NCBI RefSeq assembly: GCF_006345805.1
Contig: NC_043007.1
Coordinates: 63,488,001-63,552,000 of the forward strand
Length of the DNA: 64,000 bases
Reading direction: 5' to 3'
DNA from: Octopus sinensis
Taxonomy: Eukaryota
Part shown: in pieces, positions 52,258 to 64,000 of the stretch
Layout: each line of letters starts with the position of its first letter
Position numbering within the stretch: the first letter of the stretch is position 1
Position numbers and translations under genes: made by a program
The notes under the pieces: model-generated
Seen by the model: only the letters and a program-made list of their open reading frames with translations
What the model was told of the DNA's origin: nothing
The model's database searches: none

Positions 52258-54110
52258 ATCATCATCATCATCATCATTTAGCGTCTGCTTTCCATGCTAG
52301 CATGGGTTGGACGGTTCAACTGGGGTCTGGGAAGCCAGAAGGCTGCACCAGGCCCAGTTTGATCTGGCAATGTTTCTACGGCTGGATGCCCTTCCTAACG
52401 CCAACCACTCCATGAGTGTAGTGGGTGCTTTTTACGTGCCAGACGAGTCTGGCAAACGGCCACGATCGGATGGTGCTTTTTATGTGCCACTGGCACGGGG
52501 CCAGGCAAGGCTGGCAACAGCCACGAACGGATGGTGCTTTTTATGTGCCACCGGCACGAGGCCAGTCAGGGAGGCGCTGGCAACGGCCACGAACGGACGG
52601 TGCTTTTTACATGCCACCGGCACGAGGCCAGTCGGGGTGGCGTTGGCAACGGCCACGTTCGGATGGTTCTCTTACGTGCCACTGGCACTGGTAACTCAGC
52701 TGCAATTTCCATTGATCGATTTTGATTCTGATTCTCACTTGCCTCAACAGGTCTTCACAAGTGGAGTTTTGTGTCCCAAGAAGGGAAGGTATGCATAAGT
52801 GGACTGGCTACATCCCTTGTAGAAGGCCACGGGTTATGGTCTCACTTGTCCTGCCGGGTCTTCTCACGCACAGCATACTTCCAGAGGTCTCGGTCTCTAG
52901 TCATTTCCTCAGTGAGACCTAAAGTTCGAAGGTCGTGCTTCACCACTTCGTCCCAGGTTTTCCTGGGTCTGCCTCTTCCACAGGTTCCTCAACCGCTAGG
53001 GTGTGGCACTTTTTCACACAACTATCTTCATCCATTCTCGCCACATGTCCACACCAGCGCAAACGTCTCTCTTGCACACCACATCTGATGCTTCTTAGGT
53101 CTAGCTTTTCTCTCAAGGTACTTTGACATTACACATCCATCGGCGCATACTGGCTTCATTTCTTGCGAGCTTATGCATATCCTCAGCAGTCACGGCCCAT
53201 GTTTCACTGCCATGTAGCATGGCTGTTCGTACACACGCGTCATACAGTCTGCCTTTTACTCTGAGCGAGAGGCCTTTTGTCACCAGCAGAGGTAAGAGCT
53301 CTCTGAACTTTGCCCAAGCTATTCTTACTCTAGCAGTTACACTTTCAGCACACCCGCCCCCGCTGCTGACTTGGTCACCTAGATAACGGAAGCTATTAAC
53401 TATTTCTAGTTTTTCTCCCTGGAAAGTGACAGAAGTTGGTCTCAGAGCATTTTCAGTGTTTATTGCTCCTGAGCATCTGCCACATAAAAAAACTATCTTC
53501 CTAGTTAGCCTTCCTTTGACATTGCTGCACCTCTTATGTGTCCATAGCTTACACTTGGTGCATCTTATAGAGTTTCTACCTACACCTTTTCTACAGATCG
53601 AGCAGGGCCATCTACATGAAGGCGTTTGTGATTTGTCTACCTTCCTACTTATTAGGACTTTGGTTTTAGCTAGATTGACTCTAAGGCCCTTCGATTCTAA
53701 TCCTTGCTTCTACACCTGAAACTTCTCCTCCAGTTCTGATAGTGACTCAGCAATTAGAGCAAGGTCATCAGCATAGAGGAGCTCCCAAGGGCATCCTGTC
53801 TTGAATTCCTCCATTATTGCCTGGAGGACTATGATAAATAGGAGGGGGCTGAGGACTGAGCCTTGGTGAACCCCTACCTCTACCCGGAATTCTTCACTGT
53901 ATTCATTGCCAACCCTCACCTTACTAGCAGCGTCCCTGTACATGGCTCGCACAGCTCTCTCTAACCATTCATCTATCCCTAGTTTCCTCATTGACCACCA
54001 GATAAGGGATCGGGGGACCCTGTCGAAGGCTTTCTCCATGTCAACAAAAGCCAGGTACAGGGGCTTATCTTTGGCTAGGTATTTCTCCTTCAGTTCAACC
54101 TGCATAACAC
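52258..54110 (-). mobile_element. 5'-truncated RTE-clade LINE (RT, PHD-like finger, tandem-repeat 3' UTR, (GAT)n tail)
   Basis: AFVDMEKAFDRVPR, GVHQGSVLSPLLF, LLYADDL; premature TAG at 53710-53712; reading continues through SFRYLGD and AMLHGSETW. Confidence 0.94.
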
Positions 54111-57100
54111 TAGCCTTTCATATTTTGCACTGTATGGACATTACCTTACATAGGTCGAGACTAGGGGTAGGGATGGTGAAAGAGCATTTGCAGTCTTCAT
54201 GGGAAGCAACCCCGAGATGGCAAAGAATAGGAACTTCCGGCATGTGTGAAGGGGGTGGGAGGGCGGGTGCACCATAAACTAGGAAGAGGTTCTGTTCATC
54301 GTGTGAGCAAGAAAGTAGGTTTGAAAAATCTGAGAAAGTGAAATTTTTAGGGGAAAGATAGGTAGCTATGAACCGGGAGCAACAGGGAGACAAGACTAAA
54401 TGAAAAACATATTTGAGCTAGACAGTAATGAGAGAGTACTGAAAGAATAATATAATGAGAGAGTAATCGAAGAATAATGAAAGAATAATGATGATACGTG
54501 CAAAGATAGAAGGTAGAGGAAAGCGAGGTTGAAAGAAGAATTTCTTAACTTTAACCGTTCATGAGCTGTGCGTATTTCTTCGTTAGGGATTTGGAAGCGA
54601 GTGGGGTTACCGATTATGCGTTCGCTCATTTATATATGGCGATGGTAGTTATGGAAAGAGGGGGACATAGAGAAACAGACTTTTATTGTTGACCACATCA
54701 TCAATTGTCACAACTGCATGGTTATTGCATTCAAGCTTTCCAATGTTCCTGCTGTCATGCAAAGTAAGAATCCAACCTTGATTATGGTGTTTGAAGCTCT
54801 TGCAAAAGACAGACATGTAGTTCAACCTCATGTCAGCAAAGTAGGTCTTAACAACACAGCTGGGTATTGAAACATCCTTGATAAATTTCTGATGCCATGG
54901 ATTATTAAACATTATGATTCAAATGAGATTAACACCAGCACTGAGTTCAAAATTATTTCAAGATGAAACTTCCACTGTTTATTCCTAAAGAAATCGAACC
55001 TTTTAACTCATCAAATCTGAATCCATCTGTCTTTTGGATCTGATGAGGAAGAGATATCATTAACACATTAAACTGCCACTGCCTGTTACTGGAACTTACT
55101 GGCAATGCCATGTATTTCATGCAGTCACACTGCATATTGTTTATTTACAAGAAAATGTATTTTTTGGCATTTTTACAATATTTCATAATTAAACTTTAAT
55201 ATTTAGCATGCATGTTATTTAAATACCCTTGAAACAATGTCAATATACAGAAAATATCTTCTCAAATTATGAAGATGTACCACCAGTGATGCATATGGCA
55301 GTTGTGTGAAGCTTGCAATGGACTATCAGTGGATGGCAGTTAATGTTTTAAGGACAAGTCCAATATAACACCTCTTTATGTTGAAGTCTGCTTTTACAAG
55401 GCATTCAGGTTTTTAAATGTGGATCAGACAAAGAGACTTCTGCATCCATTTCCAATCAGTTATAACTGTTAATGATGGATTTAATAATATCTTGTCTTAT
55501 GTTATGACAAACATACAAAGTTTCATGCTTTAATCTTTTAATTTATCGTAGTTACAGGCTTTGAAACCTCTCAAGATAAAGTCTTGCTTCAGCTGACCAA
55601 TCCTCTGTATCACCCTAGAGGTAGACGGACTCAGACATTGAAAGCTGTCTTGGTTATTTCAGTGCTGGTCACAGGATAAGAATTACTGCTTTCTTTGTTG
55701 TCCAGTGCTCTATCACCTAAGCCATTTGTTTTATTGATTATGCATAAATGAAAAGCAAAATATACCTTATGTAGGATTTAAATGGCCTTAACCATTGAAG
55801 TACCATCTAATTTGGTTCATTGCTTCTGAACTATTGTCTTGTTAATATATAAATTTTGTCCTTGTGCATATCCTCATCCATCTCTTTCCATATATACAGC
55901 TATACATTTGGAAATAATTTAGTAGTACAAACTTAGACTATGATGCTTCTGTTTTCAAATTAGTATATGTAAAAGCTGAAGTAACTGAACTCTCATCACT
56001 GTTTTTATGGCAAACATTCAACCCTTACATCATCAGCATACACTAACAGTGACTTTGTAACTGCTGCATTTTATATACAAAACATGAGACTTGTTTCAGT
56101 CTTCATTCCTACCTCTAAGTCTTGTATGAAGTATTAATAAACATAAACCCAATCTTTTTCATATCTTCAGTTTTGTCTTAAGGATTTCATAAATTTGACA
56201 TACCAGCATTTTGGAAATATATTTAAAATCTCTTTCATTTGTGTGGATGACAGAAAAAATAAGAAATACTCCTGTTAATCTCTTCAAAATAAAATAGTTT
56301 CACTTGAGAATATAAATTGCTGGGTAGGAGTGCAGGGAGCTAACAACTTCCTGATGAGGCAAATGTCACAGTCTTCTTTATAATCAGTATGATGTTGATT
56401 CATTTTGATTAGGCCTAAGTCAGATTTTTACAAGAGAAAACTAGTGGGTGGAATCAGCATCAGTATATTACAGGTATTGTTATGGTCTTTATAGATTGGA
56501 AAGGAAAATCATTTTGCCATGGATTGACTGCAGAAGCTTGAAGAATCAAAGTTGATTCTATAAGCTGTCTAAACTATCTGTGATAAATTATTCTTCCAAC
56601 AATAATAGCTTGTAAGACCTATGAAAAGTCCATGGTTTATAATGTTAAAGATTTCAATTCTGTTTTTAACTTTATTCTATACTTGTTAAAAGCATAACAC
56701 TCAAATATGTTGCAACAAGTGGAATAATAAATGTAATCAGCTCTTAACTTAAACTCAAGGTTAAACATTTTACAGGAAGCATGTACTTGGTTTAATCAAA
56801 TGTTAGAATTAACTTTATTTGTTTTTTTTTTCCTTGGAAGGATGAAAGACAAGGTCAATTCCAGTAAGATTTGAACTTGCAATGTAAAGGGATGTAATTA
56901 ACACTGTAAGGCATTTAATCCAACATTGTTAGGTTTTTATTATGCTGTGGCTTTAATATTTATAATAGTAATAATAGGGGTAAGATTCTAGTTTGCAGGG
57001 TGCTGGATTTTATTCGCAATTGTAACCATTTCACTCCTGTCCTTTAAAATATGAAAACATCACCATTTCATGTCCACCTTCCATACTTTCTCCAGACCAA

Positions 57101-58620
57101 GTCATTAAAAAAAACTGCTTTATTTAATGTGTTCCAACTCCTTTTGTTTTGAGACAAAAGGGTATAATCTGAAGCTGATTTTGCTGCTATTTCCATGTAT
57201 TTATTATTACTGTTATTTTTAATGACTTGGTTCTGAGGAAGCGATATGCTCATGATCATTGCAAGCTCTTTATTTGACATGGAAAATAATTGATAAAGAA
57301 AAGGTCTTAATTTCAAACAATTCTCTTGTTGAATCAAAATCTCCCTCTCTCCCTTTTTCTTTTTAAGCCATATGTATGTCAGTAGTTTAGAAGTGCAATG
57401 AAGATGAATTTTTTTTATAATCTAAAAATTCTGTAACTTAAGTTTTTTCCCTCTGCTATTTTAAATGCAAAACAAAATTTTCATTGGGCCATCTTTGACA
57501 TATTTCATAATTGAGAACTTTATGGTGCAACCTTTATTTTGTAAATGATTTTCCTGGTTTGACTGAACTGATTGTCAAATTTGGTGGTGCTTTGAGGTAC
57601 AAGTAAATTCTTCCCAATTGTTGTTTTGTATACAATATTCATATTTTAGTCAGAGGAATGAGAAAAAAACTAAAGTTCAACTCACAAAACTGTATTTCAT
57701 GATGTACTGCTGTTTCCATATTTATGGATTGAAGTTACATGCTTTCTCAAGGAAGTTAAAACTTTGCACTTGATCAACGATTTCATCTTCAAGGCCACTG
57801 TCCTATGGACCATTTTATCAGGTTTACAGCGGTGAGCTGCCAGAATCGTTAGCACGCTGGATGAAATGCTTAGCGGTATTTCGCCTGTCACTTTGTTCTC
57901 AGTTCAAATTCCAAGGTCAATTTTGCCTTTCATCCTTTTGGGTCAGTAAAATAAGTACCAGTGAAACACTGGGATCACTGTAATCAACTAGTCCTCTCCC
58001 CCAAAATTTCAGGCCTTGTACTTATAGTAGAATGGATTTGGTCTGAGGTTAAAATTAGGAATGAGTGCTATGGAGGAAATAATTGGCTTCTGGCAGGCTG
58101 AGGATTCAACTCCAAAAGTGAAAAGGGAGAGGGATTTGTGCTGATCATATCATTTGTAGGGTATAAATATAATGATATAAATACAACTGAGAATCAAGAC
58201 CAAATACACACAACCTTCTGGGAGGTTTCTTTGTTCTATTTGGTGATTACAACAAATGAAAATAGTTCTTCACGTAAAAATGTTATTAACAAAATCTCAT
58301 CTTTAAATTATTGACATCATCTGAAACTTTTCTACATCTAAAATTATTACAATAAAAAAAATTTTAAATATAGGATTAAATTTATTTTCAGTGTTGTTTG
58401 TTTGAAATAAGTGTGATTGAGACAGAAAATGCATTACAATATTTAGTTTTATCTTTTAAGTGTTCTGAGTTCAGTCCCACTAAAAATTACTTTCATTACT
58501 TTAGTATCATTGAATATCAGTGATATACTGAGCGAATCTGTTTTATCAACTGCAAAAATAATTGACCTTACATTTGTATGAAAATCAATTTTGTGTTGAT
58601 CCTGCCTGTATTTCTATGAT

Positions 58621-58945
58621 GTGAGGGCGCGTGGCTTAGTGGTTAGGGCATTCGGCTCATGATCGTAAGGTTGTGAGTTCGATTCCCGGCGACGCGTTGT
58701 GTCCTTGAGCAAGACACTTTATTTCACGTTGCTCCAGTCCACTCAGCTGGCAAAAATGAGTTGTGCTTGTATTTCAAAGGGTCAGCCTTGTCACTCTCTG
58801 TGTCACGCTGATTTTCCCCGAGAACTACGTTAAGGGTACACGTGTCTGTGGAATGCTCAGCCATTTGCACGTTAATTTCACGAGCAAGCTGTTCCGTTGA
58901 TCGTATCAGCTGGGACCCTCGTCGTCGTAACCGGCGGAGTCTTTA
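58621..58945 (+). mobile_element. tRNA-derived SINE, distinct family
   Basis: A box TGGCTTAGTGG and B box GTTCGATTCC, followed by the non-tRNA body GTGTCCTTGAGCAAGACACTT. Confidence 0.85.
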
Positions 58946-60026
58946 AGAGAAATTTCTATGATACAAACTTCTTGTTTAAAGTGATCTAAATTATAACCTT
59001 CCTTCAAAATTTCATGTGAACTTATGTTCCAAACATCAGCTAAATAATGACAAAGCCATTTCATTAAACTCTTCATTTTTCAAAATTAAAACAAAGGCAG
59101 TATGTATTTCAACAAATATGATAAAGGGATTAAATTTTTAGAAAATGGTGGGATAAAGTTAATTAACTCTGATACTTGTCTTGTATTTGCTTGATCAACC
59201 CCAGAGAGATCAAAGGTTAAGTCAATCCAAACAAGATTTGAACTCTAATAATATGTATGACTAATATGATTCTGCCACAATAAATCTAAATTTCAGATCA
59301 AATTTTGTTAGTCATCTGGTAAAACAAGCTTTAAAAAAACTACAAAGGAGAATGGTTCCAAATTTATTGCTTCTCAAAATAATATTAGTCCAAGGGTCGT
59401 AATAGATAATTCATGTTATAAGAAAATACTTAATTACCTCCCCTGAACTTTTTTCTTCCTATTTTGTTGCAATAACTTTCAATTATAAAATTTTCTTGAA
59501 ACTGGTTCCAGTTCAAAATTAGGGCTGACACACAATTCTGTGGCTTCAAACATTGCTGTCCTCAAATAAAAGTGTGACATATACCATCTATGTCAAGATT
59601 TCAGTTCATCGACCATACATTCTGTAACACTTGTGTCCTAGATGCATAACAGTAACTACTATTATTTGATAGCTGTGTTAAGATGTTGAATACTTTATTT
59701 CACATCTATTTTCCTGCCAGAAGTGAAAAATGTTCAAAGAAAGATTCACTGTTATGTGAGGTTTGATCTAGCTTCAAATGCACTCATGGCACATAAAATT
59801 AAAATCTAGCTTTTCTTCTCTTCAACTATTTACACCTCAGAGCATTGAGAAATCACTTTTCCTTACTTTAAAAACATTACGATGGAAAGAAAGAAATCTG
59901 TAGAGATGGAAAGGACAGCTGTTTTATTTTTATTTCAGTTAAGAAACTCCTGAAGTCATTGCTCTCTGATTCTCTAAATATTTCTACCATAAATGTGTGT
60001 ATGTCTGTAATTCTTAGGTTTACATA

Positions 60027-60583
60027 CACTTGCGTCGGAAATTAATTAGCACTTCTCAAATTTCTACATTTTCTTAATTTAATTAACTTATTATCAGAAA
60101 CGAACTCGTTTTTAATCAAAAATTTATTAAAACATATCCCAGCACACCACATAATTGTTATTAATCGTGAAATTTAGTCAATATCTTGTTGCTCCTCCTT
60201 TGGCAGCAATAACAGCTGTTACGCGGGTCGGCATGCTGTCTATGAGTGCCTGCAGGTACTGTGCAGGGATGGCCCCTCATGCAGCAAGAAGTGCCCCAAA
60301 CAGCTCGTGTCGGTTCCTGTATTGCTGCACATTCAAATCCCTACCCAATCGACTCCAGAGGTTCTCAATAGGGTTCAGGTCAGGTGACTGGCCAGCACGT
60401 ACTCCTCGCCACCAAAGAGGTATCCCGTACTATCTCAACGTACTTTGCTGCGTTGATGTTGCCTTCGACGGCATAGAGCCGCCCAACACCACTGTAGCTG
60501 AACGCCCCTCACACCATCAGACCACCCCCACCATGCTTCATGGTGAGCAAATCAAGGGTGCTAATAAATTTCTGACGGTAGTG
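60027..60583 (-). mobile_element. Internally deleted Tc1 (DD34E) element, 557 bp
   Basis: TA-flanked ~26-bp TIRs CACT..CGTC.GAAATT.ATTAGCAC. Transposase C-terminus QSPDLNPIENLW...SMPTRVTAVIAAKGGATRY*. Confidence 0.92.
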
Positions 60584-61211
60584 TATGAACCCTCTTTATA
60601 CCTTATATAATGTATGACGTTACTCTTCTCGTAGTTGTGTGGGTCTTTCATCATTCTTAGACATCACCTTCGATATATTACATTCCATATTTATTTTAGG
60701 GATCTCTTATCGAATTGCTAAGCTACATTTTAGATTAAGAGGCTACAATTTGCAACATAAAACACAAGAAACTTCTACAGAATTCATTCACAAGGCATTG
60801 TGTAAAGGCCAATTATCTTATACAGTAGCTGTAGTCCGAAACTACAGTAGAAAACATTCAACCAAAGTGCTGTACCCTGGAATCGAACCCAGAACAACAT
60901 AGTTGGGAAATGAACGTCTTAACCAAATAGCCCTGCTTTGCGTCTTAACGAACCTGCAATGTTTTTGTTGTGGGTGTTTGCAGAAATTTGATTGTGTGCA
61001 ATGCAAAGTATGTGCTCATCAATGCAAATAACCATCATATTTCTCCCATTTAAAAAACAAAAATCAGAAATTTATCTTTGAAACCTTTGGTATATACATT
61101 TTTTCCCCTTCTAATTGTAGCAGGCAAGAAACCGTCCATATGTATGTTCCAACTAGTGACTTGGAAAAAAGCCCAGAAGAATACTTGATAAATTAACACA
61201 AGCATTCCATG

Positions 61212-62395
61212 CTAATGCAGTTTCGAACCTCTCCTTAAAAGATGCATTTTTTCGGTTTCCTACGTTTTAGATGTCCAAGATAACGAATATAAAAAAAAAA
61301 TTTTAACACCTCGCAACCCCCCCCCCTCTTAAAATTTTGAACTTTTTCGAAATTTTTCTTTCCCTATGTTAAGAAACCATGTTTTCAAAATTTTAAATTC
61401 AATAAGCATATAGATCATCATCATCGTTTAGCGTCCGTTTTCCATGCTAGCATGGGTTGGACGGTTCTACTGGGGTCTGTGAAGCCAGAAGGCTTCATCA
61501 GGCCCAGTCAAATCTGGCAGTGTTTCTACGGCTGGATGCCCTTCCTAACGCCAACCACTCCGTGAGTGTAGTGGGTGCTTTTTACGTGCCACCCGCACTG
61601 GTGCCAGACAGAGCTGGCAAACGGCCACGAACGGATGGTGCTTTTTACGTGCCACCGGCACGAGGGCCAGGCGAGGCTGGCAACGGACACGAAACGGGGC
61701 GGTGCTGGCAACGGTCGCGAAACGGAAAGTTCTCTTACATGCCACCGGCACTGGTAACACATCTGCAATTTCCATTGATCGATTTCGATTCTGATCGTCA
61801 CTTACCTCAACGGGTCTACACAAGCAGAGTTTTGACATGCCACCGGCACTGGTAGCACATCCGCAATTTCCATTGATCGATTTCGATTCTGATCCTCACT
61901 TGCCTCATGTGTATAAAGAGATAGATATGTCTTCCTGGGGCTAAAAACAACAGTAACACCTTTTGGACCGCCACATTTAGTTGACAGATGTATTTTATGA
62001 ATAATTGGACGGATAAATAAATGGATGAAAAATTTTAAATTGGGGAGAGGGTGAAATTTGAGCCCCTTATTAAACTTTATAACACTAATTATTAAGCATG
62101 AATGTTTGTTTCTCATAAAATGATGTAGATTTAATTAACATTAAGTTATTTAAGGCAAACAAGTAAAACGCTAATTCTTTTCACTTTAATCTTTTTGTCT
62201 ATTTAATTTCTATTTGCATATGTTCGTTACGATCTCTTTGAAGGAAAACAAAATCAAAAATTTAATTGGGGGAGGGGGTGAATTTTTTTTTTTTTTTTTG
62301 CATTTTCGTAATCTCCGATATCTAAAACGTAGGAATCCGAAAATAATTTTTTATAAAAAATGCATTTTTCAAGAAGAGGTGCGAACCTGCATTAG
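61212..62395. mobile_element. Foldback/MITE-like element with ~130-bp imperfect inverted arms
   Basis: 61212-61345 vs reverse complement of 62260-62395 (ctaatgcag.ttcg.acctct.ctt.aaa.atgcatttt...tcctacgttttagat). Confidence 0.65.
61413..61905 (-). mobile_element. RTE 3'-end copy nested in the foldback element
   Basis: High similarity to 52258-52750; (CAT)n tail; ~65-nt internal duplication at 61737-61905. Confidence 0.9.
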
Positions 62396-63745
62396 TCCCC
62401 CACCCACCAACTATGAGTACTTGGTAAATTAACACAATCATTCCATATGTAGTAACCAAAAAAAAAGTTTATTAAAAAATATATCCTTAATGAAGAGACT
62501 AATTTCTGTCAAAAGCAGGGCAAATAAATTTTAACGAAATATAGAAAACCAGTGGGAAAATAACATCGAACATCACGATTTGGTCAAAGAAGCAAACAGA
62601 GCGACGCTTTCTTTAGAAGGCTTCCCCGTGCTGAGATGAATAATTTATGAGGTTGCTGCTTCCCTTGAATTGGAAAACTGATCCCCCATTACGTATTTCT
62701 TTACTACCCACAAGGAGCTACGACAGGGCACTTAGACCACCGATAGTCGGTAAGGCGAACTATCGTGTGAAAGCTGATAGATTCCAGCCCCTGCGATCGT
62801 ATCGCTAGTTATTCAATCACCAAAATCGAAGGATCCGAAGCGGCACGCCGGTGTCAAAAGTTCCCCATACCTACCATCATCCGAAATGGATTCACGTATC
62901 CTTTTGCTCTATCTATTACCACTACCACAATTACTACTACTTTTTTTTCACAACCGTCACTACTGCTATCACCACAGTATCACAATAACTTGATTCCGCG
63001 GGGATAAAATGCAAGGGATGATTAGAATTCGTAGAGGTGTAATTACCATCAAGTTACATTAGTTTGGTACCCTATCGGCTATTTTAACTTTCTTTAAAAT
63101 GTATACTCTTAGTGAAATTTTGCAGGCACGTCGTCGATGTTACATTACGAAGCTTTTGTTTAAGTTGTCGTACAACGTAAACAAATGTTCGCCGGAATCC
63201 CTCAATGCAAAACGGAGGACAACATAAAAGCATACTGGAAGATCTAAAATATTTCCTAACGGTTCGCTCAATCGAATTGCTTTCATTTTGTACCAGGTCA
63301 TTGTTTACCAATTGTGTCGGGACATTCCGGACCCTCGCTCCCAACATTTTCCTATGAAAAGTAACATCGTAATCCAAAAGAAGCACCCAGCCAGAGGTAA
63401 AATAAGGATTTCATCTTACATCCAAAAAATCTTAATTTCTATATACCGAGACCAAGTGTTATCGCGTTGAAGGGACGTTTGCCGTAACTTACTAACCCGA
63501 TCCCAATAATTAAATCCGGATATTGGGGCCAGAGTTCGAACTCGTGGGGGCGGGTGTAAACTAACAACGCTAAAGTATTTTTTCCCCAGTGATTAATTAG
63601 TTCACTTTTGGTACTTTCCAGATGAGACTAGCTGCTGCAATGTGTCAAAAACTACAACCTAAGAATCAGAATAATACATGAAAACGCTTATAAATTAACA
63701 CGAAGCACATTTATCGACTCGAGAGATGACATATGACATTTTGTA

Positions 63746-63761
63746 GGCCCTGAAAAGGGCC
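63746..63761 (-). terminator. Histone mRNA 3' stem-loop
   Basis: Minus strand GGCCCTTTTCAGGGCC, about 35 nt after the H2B stop; canonical 16-nt replication-dependent histone hairpin. Confidence 0.95.
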
Positions 63762-63795
63762 GTTGCTTTCACCTAAAACAGGCATTAGTAACTTT

Positions 63796-64000
<205 letters not shown>

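Noticed and set aside
54649-57340. Short ORFs such as MFNNPWHQKFIKDV...
   Set aside because: No family recognised; possibly decayed transposon, cannot be supported without a search
58621-58695. tRNA gene
   Set aside because: A and B boxes are present but no complete acceptor stem; continues into a SINE body
62560-63540. rRNA/snRNA or an additional histone gene in the CpG-rich segment
   Set aside because: No matching motifs. Part ends (minus strand) in the SINE-type tail TTGTGGGTAGTAAAGAAATA; the 100-aa ORF 63084-63386 is unrecognisable.

Overview
AT-rich, repeat-dense animal genomic DNA. The SINE/LINE repertoire and long microsatellites suggest an octopus or related cephalopod (inference). 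The key feature is a three-exon plus-strand gene: CDS 30510-30926, 43522-43643 and 50232-50454, with canonical GT-AG sites and mutually compatible phases, giving 253 aa. It fuses a CENP-B/Tc5 (pogo/Tigger-type) helix-turn-helix DNA-binding domain, with no transposase catalytic domain, to the conserved FxPE motif and nine-cysteine C-terminal domain of ARL14EP (ARF7EP/C11orf46). ARL14EP homologues are established SETDB1/MET-2 partners, so this may be a transposon-derived, sequence-specific H3K9-methylation recruiter (inference). A CpG-enriched promoter lies upstream, and intron 1 holds a 428-bp near-perfect palindrome. The window ends in the 3' part of a replication-dependent histone H2B gene with its stem-loop. 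The rest is transposon debris: three Helitron-derived elements, a Ty3/Gypsy integrase remnant with LTR, a Tx1-like LINE, an RTE LINE with a PHD-like finger, CR1-like fragments, two Tc1/mariner deletion derivatives, a foldback-like element, many tRNA-derived SINEs (including a five-unit tandem array), a 28-bp minisatellite and microsatellites. Coordinates were counted by eye; TE boundaries are approximate unless termini are quoted.
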